64,000 nt of DNA from Eledone cirrhosa (GCA_964016885.1 OZ024740.1:108624001-108688000), one strand, 5' to 3'; counted from the first letter of the stretch, positions 25,159 through 40,000 are shown. Program-made: numbers and translations. The notes: a model not told the origin generated them from the sequence alone.

Positions 25159-25287
25159 CTTTGCTGATATTCTGTTGACAGAAGTCTTCATGGAACCAAG
25201 GAATGTCAAGATGAGGACATTCCAACACAACAGAACGGTTTAGTTGCATGAGATTCATCTTGATATTCTTTTGACTTTGAGGATTTA
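25159..25287 (-). CDS. FASTKD1: FASTKD1-like coding exon (FAST_2-like region)
   Basis: Acceptor tatttcattgtAG, then LNPQSQKNIKMNLMQLNRSVVLECPHLDIPWFHEDFCQQNISK, matching the LNR.V.LECP...IPWFH..FCQQ motif I recall from vertebrate FASTKD1. Donor G|GTACAA. Confidence 0.9.
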
Positions 25288-25314
25288 CTACAATGAAATA
25301 ACAAATGTTTCTGA

Positions 25315-25495
25315 TTTAGGCACAAGGCCAACAATTTGAGGGGAGGGAAAATTTGATTACATCTACCTGATCAGTACTTTATTGATTCTGGGAGGATGAG
25401 AGGCAAAGTTGACCTCAGTGGGATTTGAACTCAGAATATAAAGAGCCAGACGAAATACTGCAGAGCATTGTTTCTGAGGTTCTACCAATTCTGCT
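25315..25495 (-). mobile_element. tRNA-derived SINE, same family as 12040
   Basis: ggcaaagttgacctcagtgggatttgaactcaga is a near reverse complement of the 12113-12146 segment. Confidence 0.7.
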
Positions 25496-25685
25496 ATTTT
25501 TACAATGAAATAATAATATTGATGTGGTAGTTAAGAATGTTTCAAAACATTTACTCATTAGCAATGTATTGAGTACTACAGTGGTAAATATTGCAGTATA
25601 TGAGTTAAGGTGAGATTAATGGTTTTGTCAATGTTATCAAGCTGCTACTGCTACTACCACCACCACAACTATAGAGTAAATTGGT

Positions 25686-25865
25686 TGAGCCACAACTATT
25701 GAACAGATCAGCTGAACCTCAACTATTGAACAAATCAGTCGAGCCACAACTATTGAATAAATCAGTCGAGCTATGACTATTTAACAGCTGAGATGAGTCA
25801 TAACTATTTAACAGCTGAAATGAGCCACAACTATCTAACAGCTGTGATGAACCACAACTATTGAA
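25686..25865. repeat. minisatellite, ~25-27-bp unit
   Basis: About seven copies of gagccacaactattgaaca. Confidence 0.8.
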
Positions 25866-26096
25866 ATTTATGGTAAGTTGTCTTAGTTAATGGCATTATA
25901 GATTATAATTGCACTCTGAGTGAAAATTTGGTTACAGACTTGCTAAGAATATTGTAAGGAATACAAAAAGATATATATCAACTTTGATGATGGCGATGAT
26001 GATGGTGGTGTGTTGATTATAAGGATGATGATGACTTTGTGAAAAATATTAAAATAAAAAGAGAGAATATAAGAAAGAAGTCCAAGTCCAACTTAC

Positions 26097-26406
26097 ATTC
26101 AATAAATTCATCAATTTTTTCAATAAATTCATAAGAGAACAGCTTTGAAAGCCAACTATCAATAAAGATTTGTAACTTGCTGAGGTCATTGGTAATTTTC
26201 AATTGTTTTGGCAGGTCTGTAGCCAAGATGTGCTTATCCAGTTGTTGTTCACAGAAACTCTCAAATTCATTGAATAACTTTGGGTGAAAACCCAGGTAGG
26301 AAATAACGTGGAGAAAATTGTAAAAGTCTGAGAATTGTATTGTGTTTTCATTCTTCAGTAAATATTCCATCATGTTGTTTAGAATCTCAGGTTGCACATA
26401 CTTCAC
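26097..26406 (-). CDS. FASTKD1: FASTKD1-like coding exon (FAST_1-like region)
   Basis: Weak acceptor ttgtattgtctacatgaAG, then VKYVQPEILNNMMEYLL...LGFHP...FIEKIDEFIE. Donor T|GTAAGT (phase 1). Confidence 0.8.
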
Positions 26407-26525
26407 CTTCATGTAGACAATACAAAAAAAATCTTCAGATAACTTTTATTCTTTCATTAAAAATATGGTAATGAAAGAGTTAAGTGGTCAACTTTCTTGC
26501 CTTTATCTCTCTACACTTTAAGTTA

Positions 26526-26736
26526 TTAAGCCTTTGGATACTAACCTGCCTAAAACTACTTCTGGTTCTATGAAACAAAAGCACCCATCTTAAAGGGTTT
26601 CTATTTAAAAAATCTTTGTTATGTTACAAATACCATCTTAATAATGAAATAATATTTTAGTAAATCCCTCCAAATTCTTCATTAACTAATTCAAATACAG
26701 TGTATTTCATAAGAAATATGGTAATGAAAAGGTTAA
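26526..26736. mobile_element. piggyBac-like MITE, same family as 27894-28084
   Basis: TTAA-GCCTTT ... ttcataagaaatatggtaatgaaaAGG-TTAA. Confidence 0.65.
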
Positions 26737-27294
26737 AAACTTGCTCTTTTCAACTCCTAGCTTGATTGTTACATATCTTCCAGGTATCTGTTAAGATTGA
26801 TTTAAGTCACCATGCCCTTCACCTACAAATGGATAACCTTGTAACAATGGTGAAGATAATATTCTAGCTGAATCAGCATGACACTATATGTGACAAGTAT
26901 AATTACAAGTACAATCCATTCAATGGGCTTCCATACAGTTTCTGTCTACCCAGTTTCACTCCCATGGCATGTGTCAACCCAAGACTACATTAACCCTTAA
27001 AGTTCTGTGCCACATGACACCACATTAGCAAGACATTCTTGGAAAGTATAAAACAGCACTATGACTGTATCACATTAAAAAATGAAGTCTTTACTCTAAT
27101 ACTGCACATTTTCACAATGATCTGTTCACTAGAAAAAACATTACAAACTTTTGAATTAACAAATTCATTTTTAGATATTTTCTGCTATATAATTACAGGA
27201 TGTTATGATGCCTCACACCAAGATCCAACTTCTGAACCATTCAGCCATACCTATCCATAGAAGCCCAAATAAAGAATGTATAAATCACACAAAC

Positions 27295-27766
27295 CTGCAT
27301 CAGAAGGTTACAAATATAGTGAAAATGTTTCTGATTTAAAGATCCTGTGAAGACTGCTAACCTCTTCATGAGGTTCTCCAACAACAATGTCTCCCTCACC
27401 TCATTTTTCACATACAACACCTGTATCATCTGTATGAGCACATCAACATTCTGAACCTCATGTAGTCGGCCCTCTACATTGTGATACAGAGCTGTCTGTA
27501 GCTGCAACACTTGCTGGTACATCTGGCGTACCCATGGTCGTTTCATCTTGTTGAGGCCTGTCAGTATCAATGCTATGTTGTTTATGTCACTCTGAGGTAT
27601 TACATTGAGCAGTTTGTCCATTAACAACTCTGGGATAACAGGTTTACATTGTGGGAGTAGAAAGGAAGAAAGAGAACTGATAGTCCAAACACTGAGCCCT
27701 TGTTGGGAGTTGAGTAGTTTGAGAATTTCATTAAAGAGAATGGGGTCTTGATGGTTGATCTGATTC
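27295..27766 (-). CDS. FASTKD1: FASTKD1-like gene, internal coding exon (first one visible in window)
   Basis: Acceptor tattttaattacAG at 27768-27767. Open frame NQINHQDPILFNEILKLL...LMDKLLNVIPQ...ICNLLMQ. Donor GTTTGT after 27295 (phase 0) joins the next exon in frame. Starts in phase 2 after an acceptor, so more exons lie upstream. Confidence 0.8.
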
Positions 27767-27893
27767 CTGTAATTAAAATAAATAAAAAAAAAATCATTTA
27801 GAATTTGATACAGATTAAATGCATAATATTTGCAGGGGAAGAAAGACAGAAATTTAATATAAAAATAAACTGCAGTCCTATCTGTTTTTCATT

Positions 27894-28084
27894 TTAACCC
27901 TTTACCAAACCACTTGGAACTACCCTTGGTTTTTACAATACAAAACCGTTTTCTTTAAATCTTAACACTCTATGATGATTTGGCAGCAAAATGTGTCAAA
28001 ACTGGTTGGTTAATTCAAATTCTTAACAGTATCATTACTAGTAGACAGATTGTTTCATTAGAAATATTGTACTGAAAGGGTTAA
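27894..28084. mobile_element. piggyBac-like MITE whose right end is the first unit of the satellite
   Basis: TTAA-CCCTTT at 27894-27903 and AAAGGG-TTAA at 28075-28084. Internal similarity to 26526-26736. Confidence 0.75.
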
Positions 28085-31000
28085 TGACATAGGCAGTGTC
28101 TTTCATTAGAAATATAGTAATGAATGGATTAATGACATAGGCAGTGTCTTTCATTAGAAATATTGTACTGAATGGATTAATGACATAGGCAGTGTCTTTC
28201 ATTAGAAATATTGTACTGAATGGATTAATGACATAGGCAGTATCATCATTTGAAATATAGTAATGAAAGGGTTGATGACATAGGCAGTGTCTTTCATTAG
28301 AAATATAGTAATGAAAGGGTTAATGACATAGGCAGTGTCTTTCATTAGAAATATTGTACTGAATGGATTAATGACATAGGCAGTATCATCATTAGAAATA
28401 TAGTAATGAAAGGGTTGATGACATAGGCAGTATCATCATTAGAAATATAGTAATGAAAGGGTTGATGACATAGGCAGTGTCTTTCATTAGAAATATAGTA
28501 ATGAAAGGGTTGATGACATAGGCAGTGTCTTTCATTAGAAGTATTGTAATGAAAGGTTGATGACATAGGCAGTGTCTTTCATTAGAAATATTGTACTGAA
28601 TGGATTAATGACATAGGCAGTATCATCATTAGAAATATAGTAATGAAAGGGTTGATGACATAGGCAGTGTCTTTCATTAGAAATATTGTAATGAAAGGGT
28701 TAATGACATAGGCAGTGTCTTTCATTAGAAATATTGTAATGAAAGGGTTGATGACATAGGCAGTGTCTTTCATTAGAAATATTGTACTGAATGGATTAAT
28801 GACATAGGCAGTGTCTTTCATTAGAAATATTGTAATGAAAGGGTTGATGACATAGGCAGTCTCTTTCATTAGAAATATAGTACTGAAAGGGTTGATGACA
28901 TGGGCAGTATCTTTCATTAGAAATATTGTAATGAAAGGGTTGATGACATAGGCAGTGTCTTTCATTAGAAATATAGTACTGAAAGGGTTGATGACATAGG
29001 CAGTATCATCATTAGAAATATTGTACTGAATGGATTAATGACATAGGCAGTGTCTTTCATTAGAAATATTGTACTGAATGGATTAATGACATAGGCAGTG
29101 TCTTTCATTAGAAATATAGTACTGAAAGGGTTGATGACATAGGCAGTGTCTTTCATTAGAAATATTGTACTGAAAGGGTTGATGACATAGGCAGTGTCTT
29201 TCATTAGAAATATTGTAATGAAAGGGTTGATGACATAGGCAGTGTCTTTCATTAGAAATATTGTAATGAAAGGGTTGATGACATAGGCAGTGTCTTTCAT
29301 TAGAAATATTGTACTGAATGGATTAATGACATAGGCAGTATCATCATTAGAAATATAGTAATGAAAGGGTTGATGACATAGGCAGTGTCATCATTAGAAA
29401 TATAGTAATGAAAGGGTTGATGAAAGAGGCAGTGTCTTTCATTAGAAATATTGTAATGAATGGATTAATGACATAGGCAGTGTCTTTCATTAGAAATATA
29501 GTACTGAAAGGGTTGATGACATAGGCAGTGTCTTTCATTAGAAATATTGTACTGAAAGGGTTGATGACATAGGCAGTGTCTTTCATTAGAAATATTGTAC
29601 TGAAAGGGTTGATGACATAGGCAGTGTCTTTCATTAGAAATATTGTAATGAAAGGGTTGATGACATAGGCAGTGTCTTTCATTAGAAATATTGTAATGAA
29701 AGGGTTGATGACATAGGCAGTGTCTTTCATTAGAAATATTGTAATGAAAGGGTTGATGACATAGGCAGTCTCTTTCATTAGAAATATAGTAATGAAAGGG
29801 TTGATGACATAGGCAGTGTCTTTCATTAGAAATATTGTAATGAAAGGGTTGATGACATAGGCAGTGTCTTTCATTAGAAATATAGTAATGAAAGGGTTGA
29901 TGACATAGGCAGTGTCTTTCATTAGAAATATTGTAATGAAAGGGTTGATGACATAGGCAGTGTCTTTCATTAGAAATATTGTAATGAAAGGGTTGATCAC
30001 ATAGGCAGTGTCTTTCATTAGAAATATTGTAATGAAAGGGTTGATCACATAGGCAGTGTCTTTCATTAGAAATATAGTAATGAAAGGGTTGATGACATAG
30101 GCAGTGTCTTTCATTAGAAATATTGTAATGAAAGGGTTGATGACATAGGCAGTGTCTTTCATTAGAAATATAGTAATGAAAGGGTTGATGACATAGGCAG
30201 TGTCTTTCATTAGAAATATAGTAATGAAAGGGTTGATGACATAGGCAGTGTCTTTCATTAGAAATATAGTAATGAAAGGGTTAATGACATAGGCAGTGTC
30301 TTTCATTAGAAATATAGTAATGAAAGGGTTGATGACATAGGCAGTGTCTTTCATTAGAAATATAGTAATGAAAGGATTGATGACATAGGCTGTGTTTTTC
30401 ATTAGAAATATAGTAATGAAAGGGTTGATGACATAGGCAGTGTCTTTCTTTAGAAATATTGTAATGAAAGGGTTGATGACATAGGCAGTGTCATCATTAG
30501 AAATATAGTAATGAAAGGGTTGATGACATAGGCAGTGTCTTTCATTAGAAATATTGTAATGAAAGGGTTGATGACATAGGCAGTGTCATCATTAGAAATA
30601 TAGTAATGAAAGGGTTGATGACATAGGCTGTGTCTTTCATTAGAAATATTGTAATGAAAGGGTTGATGACATAGGCAGTGTCATCATTAGAAATATAGTA
30701 ATGAAAGGGTTGATGACATAGGCAGTGTCTTTCATTAGAAATATTGTAATGAAAGGGTTAATGACATAGGCAGTGTCTTTCATTAGAAATATTGTAATGA
30801 AAGGGTTGATGACATAGGCAGTGTCTTTCATTAGAAATATAGTAATGAAAGGGTTGATGACATAGGCAGTGTCTTTCATTAGAAATATTGTAATGAAAGG
30901 GTTGATGACATAGGCAGTGTCATCATTAGAAATATAGTACTGAAAGGGTTGATGACATAAGCAGTGTCTTTCATTAGAAATATTGTACTGAATGGATTAA

Positions 31001-34000
31001 TGACATAGGCAGTGTCATCATTAGAAATATTGTAATGAAATGGTTGATGACATAGGCAGTGTCATCATTAGAAATATAGTAATGAAAGGGTTGATGACAT
31101 AGGCAGTGTCTTTCATTAGAAATATTGTACTGAATGGATTAATGACATAGGCAGTGTCTTTCATTAGAAATATTGTACTGAATGGATTAATGACATAGGC
31201 AGTGTCATCATTAGAAATATAGTAATGAAAGGGTTGATGACATAGGCAGTGTCTTTCATTAGAAATATAGTAATGAAAGGGTTGATGACATAGGCAGTGT
31301 CTTTCATTAGAAATATTGTACTGAATGGATTAATGACATAGGCAGTGTCTTTCATTAGAAATATAGTACTGAAAGGGTTCATGACATAGGCAGTAGAAAT
31401 ATAGTAATGAAAGGGTTGATGACATAGGCAGTGTCTTTCATTAGAAATATTGTACTGAATGGATTAATGACATAGGCAGTGTCTTTCATTAGAAATATAG
31501 TAATGAAAGGGTTGATGACATAGGCAGTGTCTTTCATTAGAAATATAGTAATGAAAGGGTTGATGACATAGGCTGTGTCTTTCATTAGAAATATTGTAAT
31601 GAAAGGGTTGATGACATAGGCAGTGTCATCATTAGAAATATAGTAATGAAAGGGTTGATGACATAGGCAGTGTCTTTCATTAGAAATATTGTACTGAATG
31701 GATTAATGACATAGGCAGTGTCATCATTAGAAATATTGTAATGAAAGGGTTGATGACATAGGCAGTGTCATCATTAGAAATATAGTACTGAAAGGGTTGA
31801 TGACATAAGCAGTGTCTTTCATTAGAAATATTGTAATGAAAGGGTTGATGACATAGGCAGTATCATCATTAGAAATATAGTAATGAAAGGGTTGATGACA
31901 TAGGCAGTGTCTTTCATTAGAAATATTGTAATGAAAGGGTTGATGACATAGGCAGTGTCTTTCATTAGAAATATAGTAATGAAAGGGTTGATGACATAGG
32001 CAGTGTCTTTCATTAGAAATATAGTAATGAAAGGGTTGATGACATAGGCAGTCTCTTTCATTAGAAATATAGTAATGAAAGGGTGATGACATAGGCAGTG
32101 TCTTTCATATGAAAGGGTTGATGACATAGGCAGTGTCTTTCATTAGAAATATTGTAATGAAAGGGTTGATGACATAGGCAGTGTCTTTCATTAGAAATAT
32201 TGTAGTGAAAGGGTTGATGACATAGGCAGTGTCTTTCATTAGAAATATTGTAATGAAAGGGTTGATGACATAGGCAGTGTCTTTCATTAGAAATATTGTA
32301 ATGAAAGGGTTGATGACATAGGCAGTGTCTTTCATTAGAAATATAGTAATGAAAGGGTTGATGACATAGGCAGTGTCTTTCATTAGAAATATTGTAATGA
32401 AAGGGTTGATGACATAGGCAGTGTCTTTCATTAGAAATATAGTAATGAAAGGGTTGATGACATAGGCAGTGTCTTTCATTAGAAATATTGTAATGAAAGG
32501 GTTGATGACATAGGCAGTGTCTTTCATTAGAAATATTGTACTGAATGGATTAATGACATAGGCAGTGTCTTTCATTAGAAGTATAGTAATGAAAGGGTTG
32601 ATGACATAGGCAGTGTCTTTCATTAGAAATATAGTAATGAAAGGGTTGATGACATAAGCAGTGTCTTTCATTAGAAATATTGTAATGAAAGGGTTGATGA
32701 CATAGGCAGAGTCATCATTAGAAATATAGTAATGAAAGGGTTGATGACATAGGCAGTGTCTTTCATTAGAAATATTGTACTGAATGGATGAATGACATAG
32801 GCAGTGTCATCATTAGAAATATTGTAATGAAAGGGTTGATGACATAGGCAGTGTCATCATTAGAAATATAGTACTTAAAGGGTTGATGACATGAGCAGTG
32901 TCTTTCATTAGAAATATAGTAATGAAAGGGTTGATGACATAGGCAGTGTCTTTCATTAGAAATATAGTAATGAAAGGGTTGATGACATAGGCTGTGTCTT
33001 TCATTAGAAATATTGTAATGAAAGGGTTGATGACATAGGCAGTGTCTTTCATTAGAAATATAGTAATGAAAGGGTTGATGACATAGGCAGTGTCTTTCAT
33101 TAGAAATATTGTAATGAATGGATTAATGACATAGGCAGTGTCTTTCATTAGAAATATTGTACTGAATGGATTAATGACATAGGCAGTGTCATCATTAGAA
33201 ATATTGTAATGAAATGGTTGATGACATAGGCAGTGTCATCATTAGAAATATAGTAATGAAAGGGTTGATGACATAGGCAGTATCATCATTAGAAATATAG
33301 TAATGAAAGGGTTGATGACATAGGCAGTGTCTTTCATTAGAAATATTGTAATGAAAGGGTTGATGACATAGGCAGTGTCTTTCATTAGAAATATTGTAAT
33401 GAAAGGGTTGATGACATAGGCAGTATCATCATTAGAAATATAGTAATGAAAGGGTTGATGACATAGGCAGTGTCTTTCATTAGAAATATTGTAATGAAAG
33501 GGTTGATAACATAGGCAGTGTCTTTCATTAGAAATATAGTAATGAAAGGGTTGATGACATAGGCAGTGTCTTTCATTAGAAATATAGTAATGAAAGGGTT
33601 GATGACATAGGCAGTCTCTTTCATTAGAAATATAGTAATGAAAGGGTGATGACATAGGCAGTATCATCATTAGAAATATAGTAATGAAAGGGTTGATGAC
33701 ATAGGCAGTATCATCATTAGAAATATAGTAATGAAAGGGTTGATGACATAGGCAGTGTCTTTCATTAGAAATATTGTAATGAAAGGGTTGATGACATAGG
33801 CAGTGTCTTTCATTAGAAATATAGTAATGAAAGGGTTGATGACATAGGCAGTGTCTTTCATTAGAAATATAGTAATGAAAGGGTTGATGACATAGGCAGT
33901 CTCTTTCATTAGAAATATAGTAATGAAAGGGTGATGACATAGGCAGTGTCTTTCATATGAAAGGGTTGATGACATAGGCAGTGTCTTTCATTAGAAATAT

Positions 34001-37000
34001 TGTAATGAAAGGGTTGATGACATAGGCAGTGTCTTTCATTAGAAATATTGTAGTGAAAGGGTTGATGACATAGGCAGTGTCTTTCATTAGAAATATTGTA
34101 ATGAAAGGGTTGATGACATAGGCAGTGTCTTTCATTAGAAATATTGTAATGAAAGGGTTGATGACATAGGCAGTGTCTTTCATTAGAAATATAGTAATGA
34201 AAGGGTTGATGACATAGGCAGTGTCTTTCATTAGAAATATTGTAATGAAAGGGTTGATGACATAGGCAGTGTCTTTCATTAGAAATATAGTAATGAAAGG
34301 GTTGATGACATAGGCAGTGTCTTTCATTAGAAATATTGTAATGAAAGGGTTGATGACATAGGCAGTGTCTTTCATTAGAAATATTGTACTGAATGGATTA
34401 ATGACATAGGCAGTGTCTTTCATTAGAAGTATAGTAATGAAAGGGTTGATGACATAGGCAGTGTCTTTCATTAGAAATATAGTAATGAAAGGGTTGATGA
34501 CATAAGCAGTGTCTTTCATTAGAAATATTGTAATGAAAGGGTTGATGACATAGGCAGAGTCATCATTAGAAATATAGTAATGAAAGGGTTGATGACATAG
34601 GCAGTGTCTTTCATTAGAAATATTGTACTGAATGGATGAATGACATAGGCAGTGTCATCATTAGAAATATTGTAATGAAAGGGTTGATGACATAGGCAGT
34701 GTCATCATTAGAAATATAGTACTTAAAGGGTTGATGACATGAGCAGTGTCTTTCATTAGAAATATAGTAATGAAAGGGTTGATGACATAGGCAGTGTCTT
34801 TCATTAGAAATATAGTAATGAAAGGGTTGATGACATAGACAGTGTCTTTCATTAGAAATATTGTAATGAATGGATTAATGACATAGGCAGTGTCTTTCAT
34901 TAGAAATATTGTACTGAATGGATTAATGACATAGGCAGTGTCATCATTAGAAATATTGTAATGAAATGGTTGATGACATAGGCAGTGTCATCATTAGAAA
35001 TATAGTAATGAAAGGGTTGATGACATAGGCAGTATCATCATTAGAAATATAGTAATGAAAGGGTTGATGACATAGGCAGTGTCTTTCATTAGAAATATTG
35101 TAATGAAAGGGTTGATGACATAGGCAGTGTCTTTCATTAGAAATATTGTACTGAATGGATTAATGACATAGGCAGTGTCATCATTAGAAATATTGTAATG
35201 AAATGGTTGATGACATAGGCAGTGTCATCATTAGAAATATAGTAATGAAAGGGTTGATGACATAGGCAGTATCATCATTAGAAATATAGTAATGAAAGGG
35301 TTGATGACATAGGCAGTGTCTTTCATTAGAAATATAGTAATGAAAGGGTTGAAGACATAGGCAGTGTCTTTCATTAGAAATATTGTACTGAATGGATTAA
35401 TGACATAGGCAGTGTCATCATTAGAAATATAGTAATGAAAGGGTTGATGACATAGGCAGTGTCTTTCATTAGAAATATTGTACTGAATGGATTAATGACA
35501 TAGGCAGTGTCATCATTAGAAATATAGTAATGAAAGGGTTGATGACATAGGCAGTGTCTTTCATTAGAAATATTGTACTGAATGGATTAATGACATAGGC
35601 AGTGTCTTTCATTAGAAGTATAGTAATGAAAGGGTTGATGACATAGGCAGTGTCTTTCATTAGAAATATAGTAATGAAAGGGTTGATGACATAAGCAGTG
35701 TCTTTCATTAGAAATATTGTAATGAAAGGGTTGATGACATAGGCAGAGTCATCATTAGAAATATAGTAATGAAAGGGTTGATGACATAGGCAGTGTCTTT
35801 CATTAGAAATATTGTACTGAATGGATGAATGACATAGGCAGTGTCATCATTAGAAATATTGTAATGAAAGGGTTGATGACATAGGCAGTGTCATCATTAG
35901 AAATATAGTACTTAAAGGGTTGATGACATGAGCAGTGTCTTTCATTAGAAATATAGTAATGAAAGGGTTGATGACATAGGCAGTGTCTTTCATTAGAAAT
36001 ATAGTAATGAAAGGGTTGATGACATAGGCTGTGTCTTTCATTAGAAATATTGTAATGAAAGGGTTGATGACATAGGCAGTGTCTTTCATTAGAAATATAG
36101 TAATGAAAGGGTTGATGACATAGGCAGTGTCTTTCATTAGAAATATTGTAATGAATGGATTAATGACATAGGCAGTGTCTTTCATTAGAAATATTGTACT
36201 GAATGGATTAATGACATAGGCAGTGTCATCATTAGAAATATTGTAATGAAATGGTTGATGACATAGGCAGTGTCATCATTAGAAATATAGTAATGAAAGG
36301 GTTGATGACATAGGCAGTATCATCATTAGAAATATAGTAATGAAAGGGTTGATGACATAGGCAGTGTCTTTCATTAGAAATATTGTAATGAAAGGGTTGA
36401 TGACATAGGCAGTGTCTTTCATTAGAAATATTGTAATGAAAGGGTTGATGACATAGGCAGTATCATCATTAGAAATATAGTAATGAAAGGGTTGATGACA
36501 TAGGCAGTGTCTTTCATTAGAAATATTGTAATGAAAGGGTTGATAACATAGGCAGTGTCTTTCATTAGAAATATAGTAATGAAAGGGTTGATGACATAGG
36601 CAGTGTCTTTCATTAGAAATATAGTAATGAAAGGGTTGATGACATAGGCAGTCTCTTTCATTAGAAATATAGTAATGAAAGGGTGATGACATAGGCAGTA
36701 TCATCATTAGAAATATAGTAATGAAAGGGTTGATGACATAGGCAGTATCATCATTAGAAATATAGTAATGAAAGGGTTGATGACATAGGCAGTGTCTTTC
36801 ATTAGAAATATTGTAATGAAAGGGTTGATGACATAGGCAGTGTCTTTCATTAGAAATATAGTAATGAAAGGGTTGATGACATAGGCAGTGTCTTTCATTA
36901 GAAATATAGTAATGAAAGGGTTGATGACATAGGCAGTCTCTTTCATTAGAAATATAGTAATGAAAGGGTGATGACATAGGCAGTGTCTTTCATATGAAAG

Positions 37001-40000
37001 GGTTGATGACATAGGCAGTGTCTTTCATTAGAAATATTGTAATGAAAGGGTTGATGACATAGGCAGTGTCTTTCATTAGAAATATTGTAGTGAAAGGGTT
37101 GATGACATAGGCAGTGTCTTTCATTAGAAATATTGTAATGAAAGGGTTGATGACATAGGCAGTGTCTTTCATTAGAAATATTGTAATGAAAGGGTTGATG
37201 ACATAGGCAGTGTCTTTCATTAGAAATATAGTAATGAAAGGGTTGATGACATAGGCAGTGTCTTTCATTAGAAATATTGTAATGAAAGGGTTGATGACAT
37301 AGGCAGTGTCTTTCATTAGAAATATAGTAATGAAAGGGTTGATGACATAGGCAGTGTCTTTCATTAGAAATATTGTAATGAAAGGGTTGATGACATAGGC
37401 AGTGTCTTTCATTAGAAATATTGTACTGAATGGATTAATGACATAGGCAGTGTCTTTCATTAGAAGTATAGTAATGAAAGGGTTGATGACATAGGCAGTG
37501 TCTTTCATTAGAAATATAGTAATGAAAGGGTTGATGACATAAGCAGTGTCTTTCATTAGAAATATTGTAATGAAAGGGTTGATGACATAGGCAGAGTCAT
37601 CATTAGAAATATAGTAATGAAAGGGTTGATGACATAGGCAGTGTCTTTCATTAGAAATATTGTACTGAATGGATGAATGACATAGGCAGTGTCATCATTA
37701 GAAATATTGTAATGAAAGGGTTGATGACATAGGCAGTGTCATCATTAGAAATATAGTACTTAAAGGGTTGATGACATGAGCAGTGTCTTTCATTAGAAAT
37801 ATAGTAATGAAAGGGTTGATGACATAGGCAGTGTCTTTCATTAGAAATATAGTAATGAAAGGGTTGATGACATAGACAGTGTCTTTCATTAGAAATATTG
37901 TAATGAATGGATTAATGACATAGGCAGTGTCTTTCATTAGAAATATTGTACTGAATGGATTAATGACATAGGCAGTGTCATCATTAGAAATATTGTAATG
38001 AAATGGTTGATGACATAGGCAGTGTCATCATTAGAAATATAGTAATGAAAGGGTTGATGACATAGGCAGTATCATCATTAGAAATATAGTAATGAAAGGG
38101 TTGATGACATAGGCAGTGTCTTTCATTAGAAATATTGTAATGAAAGGGTTGATGACATAGGCAGTGTCTTTCATTAGAAATATTGTACTGAATGGATTAA
38201 TGACATAGGCAGTGTCATCATTAGAAATATTGTAATGAAATGGTTGATGACATAGGCAGTGTCATCATTAGAAATATAGTAATGAAAGGGTTGATGACAT
38301 AGGCAGTATCATCATTAGAAATATAGTAATGAAAGGGTTGATGACATAGGCAGTGTCTTTCATTAGAAATATAGTAATGAAAGGGTTGAAGACATAGGCA
38401 GTGTCTTTCATTAGAAATATTGTACTGAATGGATTAATGACATAGGCAGTGTCATCATTAGAAATATAGTAATGAAAGGGTTGATGACATAGGCAGTGTC
38501 TTTCATTAGAAATATTGTACTGAATGGATTAATGACATAGGCAGTGTCATCATTAGAAATATAGTAATGAAAGGGTTGATGACATAGGCAGTGTCTTTCA
38601 TTAGAAATATTGTACTGAATGGATTAATGACATAGGCAGTGTCATCATTAGAAATATTGTAATGAAAGGGTTGATGACATAGGCAGTGTCATCATTAGAA
38701 ATATAGTACTGAAAGGGTTGATGACATAAGCAGTGTCTTTCATTAGAAATATTGTAATGAAAGGGTTGATGACATAGGCAGTGTCATCATTAGAAATATA
38801 GTAATGAAAGGGTTGATGACATAGGCAGTGTCTTTCATTAGAAATATAGTAATGAAAGGGTTGATGACATAGGCAGTGTCTTTCATTAGAAATATTGTAC
38901 TGAATGGATTAATGACATAGGCAGTGTCTTTCATTAGAAATATAGTACTGAAAGGGTTGATGACATAGGCAGTATCATCATTAGAAATATAGTAATGAAA
39001 GGGTTGATGACATAGGCAGTGTCTTTCATTAGAAATATTGTACTGAATGGATTAATGACATAGGCAGTGTCTTTCATTAGAAATATAGTAATGAAAGGGT
39101 TGATGACATAGGCAGTGTCTTTCATTAGAAATATAGTAATGAAAGGGTTGATGACATAGGCTGTGTCTTTCATTAGAAATATTGTAATGAAAGGGTTGAT
39201 GACATAGGCAGTGTCATCATTAGAAATATAGTAATGAAAGGGTTGATGACATAGGCAGTGTCTTTCATTAGAAATATTGTACTGAATGGATTAATGACAT
39301 AGGCAGTGTCATCATTAGAAATATTGTAATGAAAGGGTTGATGACATAGGCAGTGTCATCATTAGAAATATAGTACTGAAAGGGTTGATGACATAAGCAG
39401 TGTCTTTCATTAGAAATATTGTAATGAAAGGGTTGATGACATAGGCAGTATCATCATTAGAAATATAGTAATGAAAGGGTTGATGACATAGGCAGTGTCT
39501 TTCATTAGAAATATTGTAATGAAAGGGTTGATGACATAGGCAGTGTCTTTCATTAGAAATATAGTAATGAAAGGGTTGATGACATAGGCAGTGTCTTTCA
39601 TTAGAAATATAGTAATGAAAGGGTTGATGACATAGGCAGTGTCTTTCATTAGAAATATAGTAATGAAAGGGTTGATGACATAGGCAGTCTCTTTCATTAG
39701 AAATATAGTAATGAAAGGGTTGATGACATAGGCAGTGTCTTTCATATGAAAGGGTTGATGACATAGGCAGTGTCTTTCATTAGAAATATTGTAATGAAAG
39801 GGTTGATGACATAGGCAGTGTCTTTCATTAGAAATATTGTAGTGAAAGGGTTGATGACATAGGCAGTGTCTTTCATTAGAAATATTGTAATGAAAGGGTT
39901 GATGACATAGGCAGTGTCTTTCATTAGAAATATTGTAATGAAAGGGTTGATGACATAGGCAGTGTCTTTCATTAGAAATATAGTAATGAAAGGGTTGATG

